64,000 nt of DNA from an uncultured delta proteobacterium (GTDB lineage: Bacteria; Desulfobacterota; Desulfobacteria; Desulfobacterales; JAFDCJ01): positions 448,001-512,000 of the forward strand of contig CAVYNY010000010.1 in assembly GCA_963769935.1 (NCBI GenBank), read 5' to 3'. A program made the position numbers and the translations under genes. Each line of letters starts with the position of its first letter. Positions within the stretch are counted from its first letter, which is position 1. Below, piece by piece: positions 49,357-60,813 of this stretch. The notes under the pieces were generated by a model. That model searched no databases, was not told where the DNA came from, and saw only the letters and a list, made by a program, of their open reading frames with translations.

Positions 49357-50574
49357 TCAGTTCGACTCTGCCGACGCGCGTTTCAAGTTTGGAGCTTCCG
49401 CCGCGCCGCTTGCCGGGCCCTGAAAAGGAACGGTCTTTACGGCAGCGCCCGGCCGAACCTTCAGCATGCCCTCGACGATGACCCGCTCTCCGCCCGACAG
49501 GCCGGAAGCGACCAGCCATTGGTCGCCGATGGCCCGGTTGAGCGTCAGCACCCGCTGCCGGACCGTACCGGCCGCATCCACGAGCAGGGCAATGGGCTCT
49601 CCTTTTGGATTGCGGCTCACCCCTTGCTGCGGAACGAGGATCGCCTGTTCAGCAATACCCTCCTTGACAAGGGCCCGCACGAACATGCCCGGCAGGAGCA
49701 GATCCTGCGGATTCGGGACGACGATCCGCAGGGTGAAAGAACCGGTGGTCGGGTCCACCGTGACGTCGCGGAATTGCAGCGCGCCCTCCACGGGATAAGG
49801 CGTTCCGTCTTCCAGCAGTATCCGCACCTTTTTCCCGCTCTTTTCGTCGGCAGTAAGCTCGCCGGTTGCCAGGTTGCGCCGCAAACGCAGCAGTTCGGCC
49901 GAAGACTGGGTCACGTCCACGTAAATCGGATCCAGCTGCTGGATGGTTGCCAGGGCGGTCATCTGATAGGCCGTCACCAGGGCACCGTCGGTCACGCTCG
50001 AACGGCCGATGCGCCCCGAAATCGGCGCGGTGACCCGGGTGTAGCCCAAATTGATCCGGGCCGCTTCCACCGCTGTTTTCCAGTATTCAATCTCGGCTTT
50101 GGCCTGTTCCACGGCGGCGGCCGCGTCGTCATAGTCCTGCTGGCTCACCGCCTTGTCGACCAGCAGTTCCTTGTATCGTTCGACCCGCAAGCGGATCGAA
50201 GGCAGATTGGCCTGCGCCTTGCCGAGCGACGCCTTGGCGGAATCATGGGCCACCTGAAAGGGAGCCGGATCGATCTGGTAAAGAAGATCGCCGGCTTTGA
50301 CATCGGAGCCCTCCCGGAACATGCGCTTCTTGATGATGCCGTTGACCTGCGGCCGGATTTCCGAGATGAGATAGGCCGAGGTCCGGCCCGGCAGCTCGGT
50401 GGTCAACTCGATCGGGCCCGGCTCGATGGTCACCGTGGCCACTTCCGGGACGGGAGCCGGCACGGCCCCGTTCCCCTGACTGTCCTGGCAGCCCGTCAGC
50501 CCCAAAAGGCTCGCAAGGACCGCCACGGCCACCGTCCATCCCGGCGACCGATTTACTACCTTGTTCAGTTGCAT
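49357..50574 (-). CDS. acrA: RND periplasmic adaptor lipoprotein
   Basis: LTG-C lipobox; ELPGRT..EIRPQVNGII; APISGRIG; LLPGMFV. Confidence 0.93.
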   Translation of the reverse strand: MQLNKVVNRSPGWTVAVAVLASLLGLTGCQDSQGNGAVPAPVPEVATVTIEPGPIELTTELPGRTSAYLISEIRPQVNGIIKKRMFREGSDVKAGDLLYQIDPAPFQVAHDSAKASLGKAQANLPSIRLRVERYKELLVDKAVSQQDYDDAAAAVEQAKAEIEYWKTAVEAARINLGYTRVTAPISGRIGRSSVTDGALVTAYQMTALATIQQLDPIYVDVTQSSAELLRLRRNLATGELTADEKSGKKVRILLEDGTPYPVEGALQFRDVTVDPTTGSFTLRIVVPNPQDLLLPGMFVRALVKEGIAEQAILVPQQGVSRNPKGEPIALLVDAAGTVRQRVLTLNRAIGDQWLVASGLSGGERVIVEGMLKVRPGAAVKTVPFQGPASGAAEAPNLKRASAESN

Positions 50575-50632
50575 CTAAGACCTCCAACATATCGCTGATG
50601 CGCGTGTTCGGCCGGCAAACTCACGCCCGCCG

Positions 50633-51256
50633 TCACGAATCCATCATTCCTTTGAAGAAAATATTCAAAACGCTGTCCGGGTCCTCGGGGTACGGATGAC
50701 GCTCGGGTTCGTCCAGCCAAAGGAGCAGGACAGCGTCGAGGAAACTGTCGAGCGCAACGGCCAGATGAAAGGGATCGGCAATTCGCTTGAACCGTTTGAT
50801 TTTGATGCCCTTCTCGAAGATCACGGCCAGTTTTTCCAAAAAGGCGTAATGTCGCTTGCGCATCTCGTCATCCAGGCCCGCCTTGATGTTGAAGCTCGCG
50901 CCTCGGCGTTCAGCCAGAAACAGGCGAACGAAAGGCAGATTGCCGCGAAACCTTTCACCCTTGGTCCGGATATAATTGCGCAGTTTCTCAACCGCATCAT
51001 CCGGCTCTGCGATGGCAAGCGTGATAGCATCCTCGAACTGGTCGCATTGCTCCAGCACAAGCGCCTTATACAGGTCCTCCTTGTTCTGGAAGAACTTGTA
51101 GAGTGTTCCGATGGCGAACTCGGCCTGCTCGGCGATCTCATGCATGGATGTGTTGTGATATCCCCTCTGCGCGAAAAGATCGAGCGCCGCTGCAAGCATC
51201 TCTTGGCGTTGCCGCAATTTTTCGCGTTCCCGCCTTGGGAGCGTACTCGTTTGCAT
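50633..51256 (-). CDS. TetR/AcrR regulator
   Basis: AALDLFAQRGYHNTSMHEIA..GTLYKFFQNKEDL; AGAGG RBS. Confidence 0.93.
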   Translation of the reverse strand: MQTSTLPRREREKLRQRQEMLAAALDLFAQRGYHNTSMHEIAEQAEFAIGTLYKFFQNKEDLYKALVLEQCDQFEDAITLAIAEPDDAVEKLRNYIRTKGERFRGNLPFVRLFLAERRGASFNIKAGLDDEMRKRHYAFLEKLAVIFEKGIKIKRFKRIADPFHLAVALDSFLDAVLLLWLDEPERHPYPEDPDSVLNIFFKGMMDS

Positions 51257-51369
51257 CGATTCACCTCTTGCCGGGTTATGTCGGCAAATTGCCGAACGAT
51301 GATCAGCCAAAATTCTGCGGTTACCGAAAGTTCTTAAAAATGTTCTGACAATTCTGACAATTGTGAATT

Positions 51370-51412
51370 TGACGTCGCGTTCTATAATATTACGTCACAT
51401 TTTAATGATCAA
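51370..51412 (-). promoter_or_regulatory. Sigma-70 promoter with overlapping inverted-repeat operator for tetR-acrAB-oprM
   Basis: TTGATC-N17-TATTAT on the minus strand; TGACGT..ACGTCA at 51370-51397. Confidence 0.6.
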
Positions 51413-51640
51413 GACATATCTCAAAAAATTCGCAGAAGGTTGGGTTAAAGCATGAAACCCACATTGAAGATCGGGCTCACCCCAACCTCCCCGAAACCGG
51501 CCATTCCTTCAGGCAGTTTTTTTACAGGCTGTAAAAAAACTCGACACTCAACGATCCCGCCGGCCGTCTTTTTATACTTTCAATTTAGAAATTCCCTTTA
51601 CTTTTAATTACTTATCTAAATCGACGCCGCAAGTACCGCA

Positions 51641-51656
51641 TGGCACACCCTTTGCT
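51641..51656 (+). promoter_or_regulatory. Sigma-54 promoter
   Basis: TGGCACACCCTTTGCT; palindrome GTTTTTTTACAG/CTGTAAAAAAAC about 110 bp upstream. Confidence 0.75.
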
Positions 51657-51756
51657 GAATGTTGAGGCAGATGTGCAGCGCATTCGAATATCACCCTGGT
51701 GCGATATCCCTGTGCTGAGACTATAAAAATCCATTCACATATAAGGAGGTCGTCTG

Positions 51757-52572
51757 ATGAAAAAGAATTCTATTTTGCGTTTACTTGGTATCATTGCTCT
51801 GCTGATCGCAGCCGGAATGCTGCTCCACACGCCGGCCGTTGCCAGCGATTTACTGCGTTACAGCAGCTCGGCCCAGGTCCGCGAAGCCTTCGGCATGGAA
51901 GGTTTAAATGCTTTCAAGGAGGAAAGCGGGGTGGATCTGGATTTGTGGATCGGCTCATCGGGTTCCGCGGTCCATCGGCTGATGAACGGGATCGCCGACA
52001 TCGCCAGCACGGTGGAGAGGCTTGAATTCAGCGCTCAGGATTACGGCTATGTCGAGATTCCGTTCTGCAAAGCGCCGCTGATCGTCATCACCAATGCCAA
52101 AACGCCGGTTCGCAATGTCTCCAGCGATCAGCTGCGTTCAATATTCAACGGCAGCATCGCCAACTGGAAGGAACTGGGAGGTCCCGACCAGAAGATTATT
52201 GTGGTGGCTCCGGACAGAAATACCGGTGCTTTCAAGAACTTCAGACAACTGGCCCTGAAACGCTTTGATGTCAGGTACGATTTTATGGCCTACCGGTCCA
52301 CGGATGTCGTCACACTGGTGCACCGCATTCCCTGGAGCATATCCTTTATCTCCCAGGGTTCCGATACCGTGGATGAAGCCATCCGGACAATTCAAATCGA
52401 CGGGAAATCTCCGGCCGATTCTGATTATCCCTATCATCAGATATTTTCTTTTGTCACCAAGGGGCAGCCCACCGGGGCGGCACAAAAGCTCGTCGATTTT
52501 GTCTTCTCCGAGAAGATGCAGTCAATAATGATGAAATTCGGCCTGCAACCGTTGCCTCGCCCGGCACAATAA
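51757..52572 (+). CDS. PstS-like periplasmic substrate-binding protein
   Basis: Signal peptide; GSSG, ADIA, LRSIFNGSIANWKELGGPD, YPY; AGGAGG RBS. Confidence 0.85.
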   Translation: MKKNSILRLLGIIALLIAAGMLLHTPAVASDLLRYSSSAQVREAFGMEGLNAFKEESGVDLDLWIGSSGSAVHRLMNGIADIASTVERLEFSAQDYGYVEIPFCKAPLIVITNAKTPVRNVSSDQLRSIFNGSIANWKELGGPDQKIIVVAPDRNTGAFKNFRQLALKRFDVRYDFMAYRSTDVVTLVHRIPWSISFISQGSDTVDEAIRTIQIDGKSPADSDYPYHQIFSFVTKGQPTGAAQKLVDFVFSEKMQSIMMKFGLQPLPRPAQ

Positions 52573-52663
52573 ATGGGAAAACGACGGCAGGGGCAATCCG
52601 GGGACCGGCTTGCCCCTGCAGGTCAGCGGATTGTCCTCCGGAAAATCAGGGATCTTAAAAACA

Positions 52664-53062
52664 ATGAATAAACCACTTACAATTTTGGTCGCAGATCGCA
52701 ACTCCCACGTGCGGGAATTTCTGCAGAGAGAGCTAAAAGCGGAAGGCTACGATATCCGGTTGGCTAAATGCGGCCCGGAGGTCCTTAAATGGGCCTACCT
52801 TTTGCAATTCCTTGACCTTATCATTCTTGACCTGGATTTGCCCGACTTGGACGAACAGGCATTATTCAGCAAACTTCAGGACCGCATTCCGGTATTGCCG
52901 ATCGTGATCCATTCTTTTCAGTCGGATGGCGCGAAACGTTCCGTCAACTACGAAAATGCGGTTTTCGTAGAAAAAAGAGGAAACAGCATCGAAAAACTGA
53001 AAAAGGTGGTCAGCGAGCTCCTTGCGTACCGGGCAGCCAGCCAACCGTCAACAGCTAAATGA
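52664..53062 (+). CDS. Single-domain response regulator (atypical receiver)
   Basis: ILVADRN..DLIILDLDLPD; ATGA overlap with the kinase. Confidence 0.8.
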   Translation: MNKPLTILVADRNSHVREFLQRELKAEGYDIRLAKCGPEVLKWAYLLQFLDLIILDLDLPDLDEQALFSKLQDRIPVLPIVIHSFQSDGAKRSVNYENAVFVEKRGNSIEKLKKVVSELLAYRAASQPSTAK

Positions 53063-55192
53063 CAGACACTTCCAGACCGAAACTTGCCAAGCGTATTGCC
53101 GTGTCCGTCGGTGCCGGAGGTATCCTTTTTCTGATTGCCGGGGCGCTGCTCGGTCTCTGGACCATTCAGGAAATGAAAAAAATCGTGACCGGCCAGTTCA
53201 ATCAGGAGCAGCTGGTCATCGCCCGCACGGTCAAGCAGCGCATCGAAAGAGAGATCAAATTTTTGGCAAAAGAGATCTCGTTGCTGGCGGGGAATATCTC
53301 AGCCGAGCCGTTGGCGCCGGAAAACGGCAATGAGCGCATCCAGCAGAGTTTCGCCCGGGTTCTGGAAAGCGGTGTTTGGAAGATTGAAATAATCGATCCG
53401 GCCGGCGGCCGCCGGCATATATTTATGCCCCATCGGCACTGGACCGCACAGCCCCCGGCCGAGATCGACCCCGATGATATCCCGCTGCCGCAGGGCCTCA
53501 CGACCGGAACGGTTTATATTTCTCCGGTCCGGATCAACGCATCCGGATCGGCGCTGGTCCTGGCGGCACCTTTATCCGCTGAACCCGTCCGGTATCTGGT
53601 TTTTCACATCAACGTTTCATGGCTGCTGGCCCCCTTTTTAAGGGAAATACGTTCCGGCCGAACCGGCTATGTCTGGCTGATCGATCAAACCGGCCGTTTT
53701 CTCTTTCATCCGGACGCCGGTTTCATCGGGAAAAATGCATTTACCGTACGCCGGCAAAAGTATCCGGATGTATCCTTTGTGAAGATCAATTTCATTCAGA
53801 AGGAAAAAATGCTCACCGGCAACGAAGGTACCGGCTGGTATGACTCGGGATGGCACCGGGGCATTACCGGCCCGATTAGAAAGTTGATTGCCTATTGTCC
53901 GGTGGTCATCTGTGAAAAGCCGGCTCAAACGTGGTCGGTGGCGGTGGTCGCACCGGTTTCGGAGATCGAGGGCGCCCTGCGAAAAAGTTCCCTGCAGTTG
54001 TTTATGCTGCAGGGATTGGTGATTGTCTTCATTGTGTCGGGCAGTGCCGCCCTGCTATGGTTTGAGATCCGCTGGTCGCGCCTGCTGGAAAAAAAAGTAT
54101 CCCAGCGTACCGAAGAGTTGAAAAAATCGGAGGAAAAATACCGCTCGCTGGTGGAAAGCGCCGAAGATTTCATTTTTACCGTTGACAACGGCGGTCAATT
54201 TCAATCCATGAACAGTTTTACCGCCAATTTCTTCGGCGGGCATCCGGATGACTTTGTCGGCAAACCTCTGGCGGGTGCATTTTCCGAAAAGATAGCCCAA
54301 AAGCAGCTTAAACTGATCCGCCTGGTGTATCAACACGGCAAGAGTGTCCGGGAAGAATTCGAGATCCAGCTGGAAGACCACCCTATCTGGATCAGCGCCA
54401 ATTTCATGCCCATCAAGAATGACCTCGGAGAAGTCGGTTCGGTTTTATGTATTGCCAGGGACGTCACCGAAAACAAAAATCTGGAAAGACAGCTGGTGAA
54501 TACCGAAAAACTCGCCTCGCTGGGGACGCTGGCCGCCGGGGTTGCCCATGAAGTCAACAATCCTCTGGGGGTGATCCTGGGCTTTACCGATATCTTGATC
54601 CGCAAAGCAGATAAAGACTCGCAGGACTATGAAGACCTTAAGATAATTGAACGGCAGGGATATCACTGCAAGGAGGTGGTCGAAAACCTGTTGAGTTTTG
54701 CCCGCCTGGAAGGAGGCAGCCTGGGACATGCCGATGTCAACGCGTGTCTGGAGGAAATCATCAAAATTGTCCGGCATGTTCTGGAAATGAACCGCATCGA
54801 GCTCGTCGCGCGCCTGCCCGGAGACTTGCCGCCGGCCAGAGCAGATGCGCGCCAGCTGCAGCAGGTGTTTTTAAACCTGATCAACAATGCCGTCGCCGCC
54901 ATGCCGGACGGCGGCACATTGACGATTCAAAACCGCCTTGAAAAAAAACAGCGCAAGAATTGCGGTTCAATTCCGGGATACCGGCTGCGGCATAAAACCG
55001 GCGGATATCGATCACATTTTCGAACCGTTTTTTACCACCAAACCGGAAGGACAGGGAACCGGTTTGGGATTATTCGTCAGCTATGGCATCATCGCCAAAT
55101 ATGGCGGCACCATCGACTGCTACAGCCGCCATAGCGACAACCCGGGCCGACCCTCCGGAACGACGTTTACCGTCAGACTGGTCCCGGTTTGA
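53059..55192 (+). CDS. Cache/PAS sensor histidine kinase (frameshift near the A8 run 54941-54948)
   Basis: TM-Cache-TM-PAS; GVAHEVNNPL; NLINNA; DTGCGI..FEPFFTTK..GTGLGL in the next frame. Confidence 0.9.
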
Positions 55193-55193
55193 C

Positions 55194-55229
55194 TGTGACT
55201 AAGTGCTCTTATTTGTGACTAAGTGCTCT
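55194..55229. repeat. Tandem 16-bp direct repeat TGTGACTAAGTGCTCT x2
   Basis: Copies at 55194 and 55214; partial third copy TGACTAAGT at 55456. Confidence 0.65.
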
Positions 55230-55272
55230 ATTGATGACGATTACGGTTACATACTGCCGGCAATAATTTTTT

Positions 55273-55380
55273 CACCGCAGAGGCGCGAAGGACGCAGAGG
55301 GAGGCTATATTTTATTTGCCGTTGAGAGGACGGCAAATAAAAAGAAAAGTTCTCTCTGCGATCTTTGCGCCTCGGCGGTA
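55273..55380. repeat. REP/MITE-like hairpin
   Basis: ACCGCAGAGGCGCGAAG..GCAGAG pairs with CTCTGCG..CTTTGCGCCTCGGCGGT; inner stem TTTTATTTGCCGT/ACGGCAAATAAAA; related half-copy near 63504. Confidence 0.65.
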
Positions 55381-55546
55381 AGATTTGTATCTTTGGTGAA
55401 ATCAAAATTTCTTTAGGACATCCATTGATTATACGTAACTGTATCTATGAAACTATGACTAAGTCTCTTTACTTGTTTTGGCCCTTTTCAAAGTGGGCTT
55501 TCCGAGACTTCCTGTTCTGCGGGAGGCGAACTTACAGGAGCAATAG

Positions 55547-56996
55547 ATGAACGGCAGCATTTTAATCGTCGACGACGAAAAAGACATGCTGATTCTTTTG
55601 AAGCGGATTCTCTCTGAAGAAACGCCTTACAAACTGGTCACCGAGAGCGATCCGCGGCAGGCCCTGGAGCGGGTCCGGCAGCGCCATTTCGATGTGGTGC
55701 TCACCGATCTTAAAATGCCGGAAATGGACGGCATTCGGCTGCTGGAGGCGTGCAAGAAAATCAGACCCGAGATTTCGGTAATTATTCTGACCGCCTATGC
55801 CACGATCGAAAATGCGGTGGAAGCCATTAAAAAAGGCGCGCATGATTATATCACCAAACCGTTCCGCCGCGAACGCGTGCTTTTGACCCTTGACAAAGCC
55901 ATGAAATGGCAGGCCATGGTCGACGAGAACCGAACGCTGCGCCAGGCGCTGGCTGAAAGAAACGGGTTTGCATCCCTGGTGGGGTCGACGCCGGTGATGC
56001 AGAATATTTTCGAGCGGATCCATCAGGTCGCGCCCACCATGGGAACCGTGTTGATCACCGGCCCCAGCGGCACCGGCAAGGAACTGGTCGCCCGTGCCAT
56101 TCATCAGCACAGTTTGAGAAGCAAAAAAAAACTGGTTACCGTAAACTGTACCGCCATCCCGGAGCAGGTATTGGAAAGCGAACTTTTCGGCCATGTGAAA
56201 GGGGCCTTTACCGGGGCCTGGCAGGATAAAAAGGGCCTGGTTGAAACGGCGCATGAAGGAACGCTTTTCCTGGACGAAATCGGCGATCTCAGCCTCCAGA
56301 TGCAAACCAAGCTGCTGCGGCTGCTGCAGGAAGGCGAATACAAGCCGGTCGGCGGCGTCACCACCCGGCAGGCCGATCTGCGTTTCATCGCCGCCACCAA
56401 TCATGATTTGAAAGCCGACATCAGGGGGAACCGTTTCCGCGAAGATCTGTACTACCGGCTGAACGTCATCCGATTTGACCTGCCGTCCCTCAAGGAGCGG
56501 CAGCAGGACATCCCGCTGCTGGCCTATCATTTCCTGGAAAAATACGCCCGCCGCAACCAGAAAAATATCCCGTATATTTCACCGGAGGCCATGCAGATTC
56601 TCATATCACAGGAATACCCCGGCAACGTCAGGGAGCTGGAAAACACCATCGAACGCGGCGTCATCTTTTGCCGGTCGGATACCCTGAAAGTCAACGATCT
56701 TCAGCTGGAATACGACCGCAACGAGATTCCGGCGGAATTCAATGAAGACATCACCCAGCTGCCCTTTAGAGAAGCCAAGGATAAAATGACTGACATTTTT
56801 CATCGACTCTATATCCGGAGCCTTCTCTCAAAAAATGCCGGCAATATCAGCAAAGCGGCCGATATTGCCGGAATTCAACGCCAGTATCTTCATCGCCTCA
56901 TGAAGGAGACGGGCATCCGGGCCGAGGATTTCAGGCCCACCGACTATGTTCCATTTCACGGTACCGACATTAAAGGCATACTGCAGGATCACATAG
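55547..56996 (+). CDS. NtrC-family sigma-54 response regulator
   Basis: Receiver, GPSGTGKE, ESELFGHVKGAFTGA, FLDEIG, PGNVREL, HTH; ORF track runs to 57550, end given here assumes a 1-nt error at 56954-56956. Confidence 0.92.
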
Positions 56997-58018
56997 ATCA
57001 AATAGATCCCGAAGAGCCAACAGCCCTGCCACCTCTTAAACCGGCCGTCCCGGTTGATGAATATAAACAGCCGGAAGGAATAAAGAATGAGGAGCATGGT
57101 TGGAAAGTGGAACTCATAGAAGTTGGGCGGCACCGCCAGGGGCCTGGCCGCGGCTGCGGCACCGATGACGAAAAGACAGTTCAGTACATCCGCCCCCACC
57201 ACATTGCCCACCATGATTTCCGGATGCTTTTTGCGCACGGCGGCAATGGCCGTCATCAGTTCGGGCAGCGATGTACCCAACGCCACCATGGTGGCCGCGA
57301 TGACGTCATCGGGCACCCCCATCCGGCAAGCAATCTCGCCCGCGCTGGGAACCAGGACCCGGGCCCCGCCGACGACCAGCACCAGTCCTCCGCCCAGCAT
57401 CAGCCAGCACTTTCCCAAACCCAGCATCTCGGAATCGTCCTCTTCCTCGCCGGCCAGGGCCAAATCCGCTCCCTGCTTTGCCCAAATATAGGTGATGTAC
57501 ATGTAGCCGGCCAGCAGGCACAGGAGCAACACCCCAACCCAACGCTGTAAAACCGGCTCGCCTTGCGTGCCGGCCAGGGCAAGCACCGCGATGACGACCA
57601 GCAGGGTCGCCGCCCCTACCTGGACCCACCCCGTTCGATTGAGAATAAAGCGGTTGACCGGCACGGTTGCCAACATACATGTCAAGCCGAAAATCAAGCC
57701 TGTGTCGGCAATGATAGACCCGACCCCGTTGCCCAACGCCAGCCCCGGGTCGCCCATCCAGGCCGCCATGACCGAAACGACGGCCTCCGGCATGGTCGTA
57801 CCGAGTGAAATAATCGTGGCCCCGATAACGATGCGGGGCAGTCCGGTTCGACGGGCCAGTTGAACGACACCGTCAATCATCCAGTCGGCGCCTTTGGACA
57901 ACAGCAAAATACAGAAAGCAATTACGGCCACCAAAAGAATGATGGGCAATCCCTGCACAAGTTCGCTCAAATATCTTTCATCTCCGATCCAACGCAGCAC
58001 TTCTCCTAACATCCGCAT
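56944..58018 (-). CDS. Cation:Ca2+ antiporter (YrbG-like)
   Basis: GTTMPE..GNGVGS and GTSLPE..GNVVGA alpha repeats; GGGAGGA RBS; end given assumes the same 1-nt error. Confidence 0.9.
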
Positions 58019-58088
58019 TCCTCCCGATTTTGAGTTTTGACGCCCGCTAAAGGCGCCGGCAATAACGCGCCGGAGTGTTGGAGTACTT

Positions 58089-58307
58089 TCACTTTTTGGC
58101 CTCTCGCAACCCCATTTCCTGGAAAGCATCCGCAAGCCGAATCACACCGACCGGTCTGGCCCCCCGGGTAACGGCGATGCACTTTAGGTTGAATGTCACC
58201 ATCAGCTCGATCGCCCGGGTAATTCTTTCCTCCGTCGTCACCGATGGATGAAGCGGCACGCCGTCCTGGAAAGGCTGGATTATGGCGGTAACCGTCCGTG
58301 TTTTCAT
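58089..58307 (-). CDS. Single CBS domain protein
   Basis: ITRAIELMV..CIAV..PVGVIRLAD. Confidence 0.75.
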   Translation of the reverse strand: MKTRTVTAIIQPFQDGVPLHPSVTTEERITRAIELMVTFNLKCIAVTRGARPVGVIRLADAFQEMGLREAKK

Positions 58308-58889
58308 GGCCCTGAATTCCCTGGTCTTTATTCGAAATTAAGCAAGGTGTGTGCCAGCCCGGCCGCCAATGAGGCCAATCCTGCGGCGACCGGCGAGCAC
58401 CCCGGCCGCCGAACCATTTTCCGGCAGGGGCGCTTCCAAATCGGATCGTCAGCTTACCGTCTGAAATAAAACGATATAACACCAATCTCTATCCGGACCC
58501 TCATTGCCGCCCGGCAGATGAATCCGGCCGCCAAAGGTTGCCGGTCGCCGCCGAAAGTTGGACGGTCGTTTTCCTGGAAGCTGTCATCCAAAAATTTCAC
58601 GCCCGAGCAATTGTGTCACTTGGCAGTTGACAGGTTTAGCTGCAATTCATCCGGTCCGTCTTGAGGCGGCAGCTGAATCTGAGAAAGAAATCGATGGAAT
58701 TCAGCGTCCTTCCACGAGGTTAGAGGCTCCATGGTTTCATCCGGCGGCTTCCGACAACGCTTTGGCACACATCTTGATTAGTAGAACCGGTAAAGACGAA
58801 TCATCGACAGACGGAGTCCAATCGCTGTTCGGATGTGCAAATTCATAAAAAGCGTGAAACCATTAAACCCGATAGAGGAGGCAAACACT

Positions 58890-59930
58890 ATGACAGAAGA
58901 AGTCAAAACCAAAGGTTGGGAGGTAGCCCGGGATCTGGAGGCGAAAAAATCAACCATGTGGGAACGGTTTATGCCGGGGAAAAGACAGCTGATCGCTGCC
59001 GCCTGGGGATTTTCGGCCCTTTTCGCGGTATTTTTGCTGGGGTGCTGGCTGGCCGGCAATCCGTTTGAAGCCACCAAGCGGATTGCTTCGCCATTTGTCG
59101 AAAAAATGGGCTGGATTGGCACCAATGAATGGGGCATTCTCTGGAGCGTGGTATTGGTTGCCATGTTCTTTGAGTTTATGGATGCTTCGGCCGGTATGGG
59201 ATTTGGCACGGCCATCACGCCGCTGCTGCTGCTGATGGGATTTAACCCCAAGCAAATTGTGCCGGTGGTCATGATCCAGCAGGGCGTGGCGGGTCTGGTG
59301 GGGGCCTTTTTGCATCGCGAGTTTGAAAACGTGGAATGGAAGTTCAGTCCCATGTCGGAAACTATCAAACTGTGGCTGTACATCGCCATAACCGGCTGTG
59401 CGTCGGTAGCCCTTTCCATCACCGCCGTCTACGGCATATTTAACGTGGCCAAGATTTGGATCAAACTCTACGTGGCCGTACTGCTGGTGATGATGGGGGT
59501 CGTCTCGCTTTACCAATCGAAAAAAGACCGTCCATATAAGCCCAAAATGATGATCGGCTTTGCGGCCCTGGCAGGCTTTAACAAAGGCGTGGGCGGCGGC
59601 GGCTACGGCCCGGTAGTAACCGTCGGCGGCTTGATTGCCGGCGTGCCGGTCAAAAGCATGCTGGCCGTCACGGCCATATCGGAAGGCACCACCAGCACCT
59701 TCTCGGTCCTGGTCTGGCTGGCGCTGCTGACTAGTGGAGTGACCATCGACTATCTGCTGCTGCCGTCGATGATGCTGGCCACCATGTTCACGGCCGTGGC
59801 CGCTCCCTACACCACCCGGGTTTTTCCCGAAAAGGCCTGGAAGTTTATCGTACCGGTATACTGCTGCATTCTCGCCGCCTACACGTTTTACAAGGTCATA
59901 CCCGACATTGTCTCGAAGCTCGCCGGATGA
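58890..59930 (+). CDS. TauE/SafE family (sulfite exporter-like) membrane protein
   Basis: DASAGMGFGT..TPLL; GVGGGGYGPVVT; GAGGAGG RBS; possible sigma-54 site TGGCACACATCTTGAT near 58762. Confidence 0.88.
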   Translation: MTEEVKTKGWEVARDLEAKKSTMWERFMPGKRQLIAAAWGFSALFAVFLLGCWLAGNPFEATKRIASPFVEKMGWIGTNEWGILWSVVLVAMFFEFMDASAGMGFGTAITPLLLLMGFNPKQIVPVVMIQQGVAGLVGAFLHREFENVEWKFSPMSETIKLWLYIAITGCASVALSITAVYGIFNVAKIWIKLYVAVLLVMMGVVSLYQSKKDRPYKPKMMIGFAALAGFNKGVGGGGYGPVVTVGGLIAGVPVKSMLAVTAISEGTTSTFSVLVWLALLTSGVTIDYLLLPSMMLATMFTAVAAPYTTRVFPEKAWKFIVPVYCCILAAYTFYKVIPDIVSKLAG

Positions 59931-60041
59931 TCGAAAACATCCGACGCTCACCGGGTAGCTCCTTGGACCGGGGCTGCGGAAAATTCCGCCGCCCCGGTTA
60001 CGCCGGTTTATGAACGACAACAGATAGACGGGAGATCGATT

Positions 60042-60581
60042 ATGACCATTCAACAAACATCTGCAGCACTTTACTCCGGTGGGCAAACCTATCGGCGTAC
60101 CTACGGTCAACAGCGATTGGTTCATTTCGGCATCACCATGATCGTTATGGGTGTCTGTTTCTTTTTGTATTACCTGGGTTTTTTCGGCGGGGTGGACGGC
60201 CCCCTGAATCCGGCGCAATTGGGTGAACATCTGTCGGCTTCAGGCGTGTCCAGGGTGCACCTCATCATCGTGACTGCCGTTTTGATGCTTCTCTCCCTGG
60301 GCTGGAATTGGATCTTCAACCTGGCCTGTCTCCGGCTCGGCAGGCGCTTGACCTGCAGCCGGGCTGACGGACAAGGCGGTATCTGCGGCGGACCAGTCAG
60401 ACGGCAGGCGGCGGTACCGCAGGCAAAAAACAGCAATCGTAGCCTGCGCTATGTATGCACCCACGGTCACACGCTGCCGAAGGCCCACTTCCACCCAATT
60501 AAAAAAGGCACCATCAGCCATATGCTCTGGGTGACATCGCTGATATTTACCGTCGTTGTTTTGTACGCGTCCTATTTCTAA
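60042..60581 (+). CDS. Hypothetical membrane protein with Cys/His loop
   Basis: Three TM segments; C..C..CxxGH..HFH; GGGAG RBS. Confidence 0.75.
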   Translation: MTIQQTSAALYSGGQTYRRTYGQQRLVHFGITMIVMGVCFFLYYLGFFGGVDGPLNPAQLGEHLSASGVSRVHLIIVTAVLMLLSLGWNWIFNLACLRLGRRLTCSRADGQGGICGGPVRRQAAVPQAKNSNRSLRYVCTHGHTLPKAHFHPIKKGTISHMLWVTSLIFTVVVLYASYF

Positions 60582-60813
60582 AAGAAGATTTATACAAGAA
60601 ACAGCAGGCGGGATCATTCAATTGAAGTTGTAAGTTTAACAGGCATTGACCTCAATCTAAAAATGACGTCGAATTCAATACCGTATTAGAAGAAAGCATT
60701 GGCGCAAAATCCAGGCCGCCGCTAACCGCGGCTGTTAAACAACCGAAGCGCTGTTGCAGGCCCGTATCAGGCCCTGGAGCCGCCCACAATTTCGCGGCGG
60801 GGAGTAATCGACA

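Noticed and set aside
56828..57550. Apparent 720-bp convergent overlap between the NtrC regulator and the Ca2+ antiporter
   Set aside because: Deleting one T at 56954-56956 restores nearby stops in both genes (TAG at 56944-56946 minus, TAG at 56994-56996 plus). Most likely a sequencing indel.
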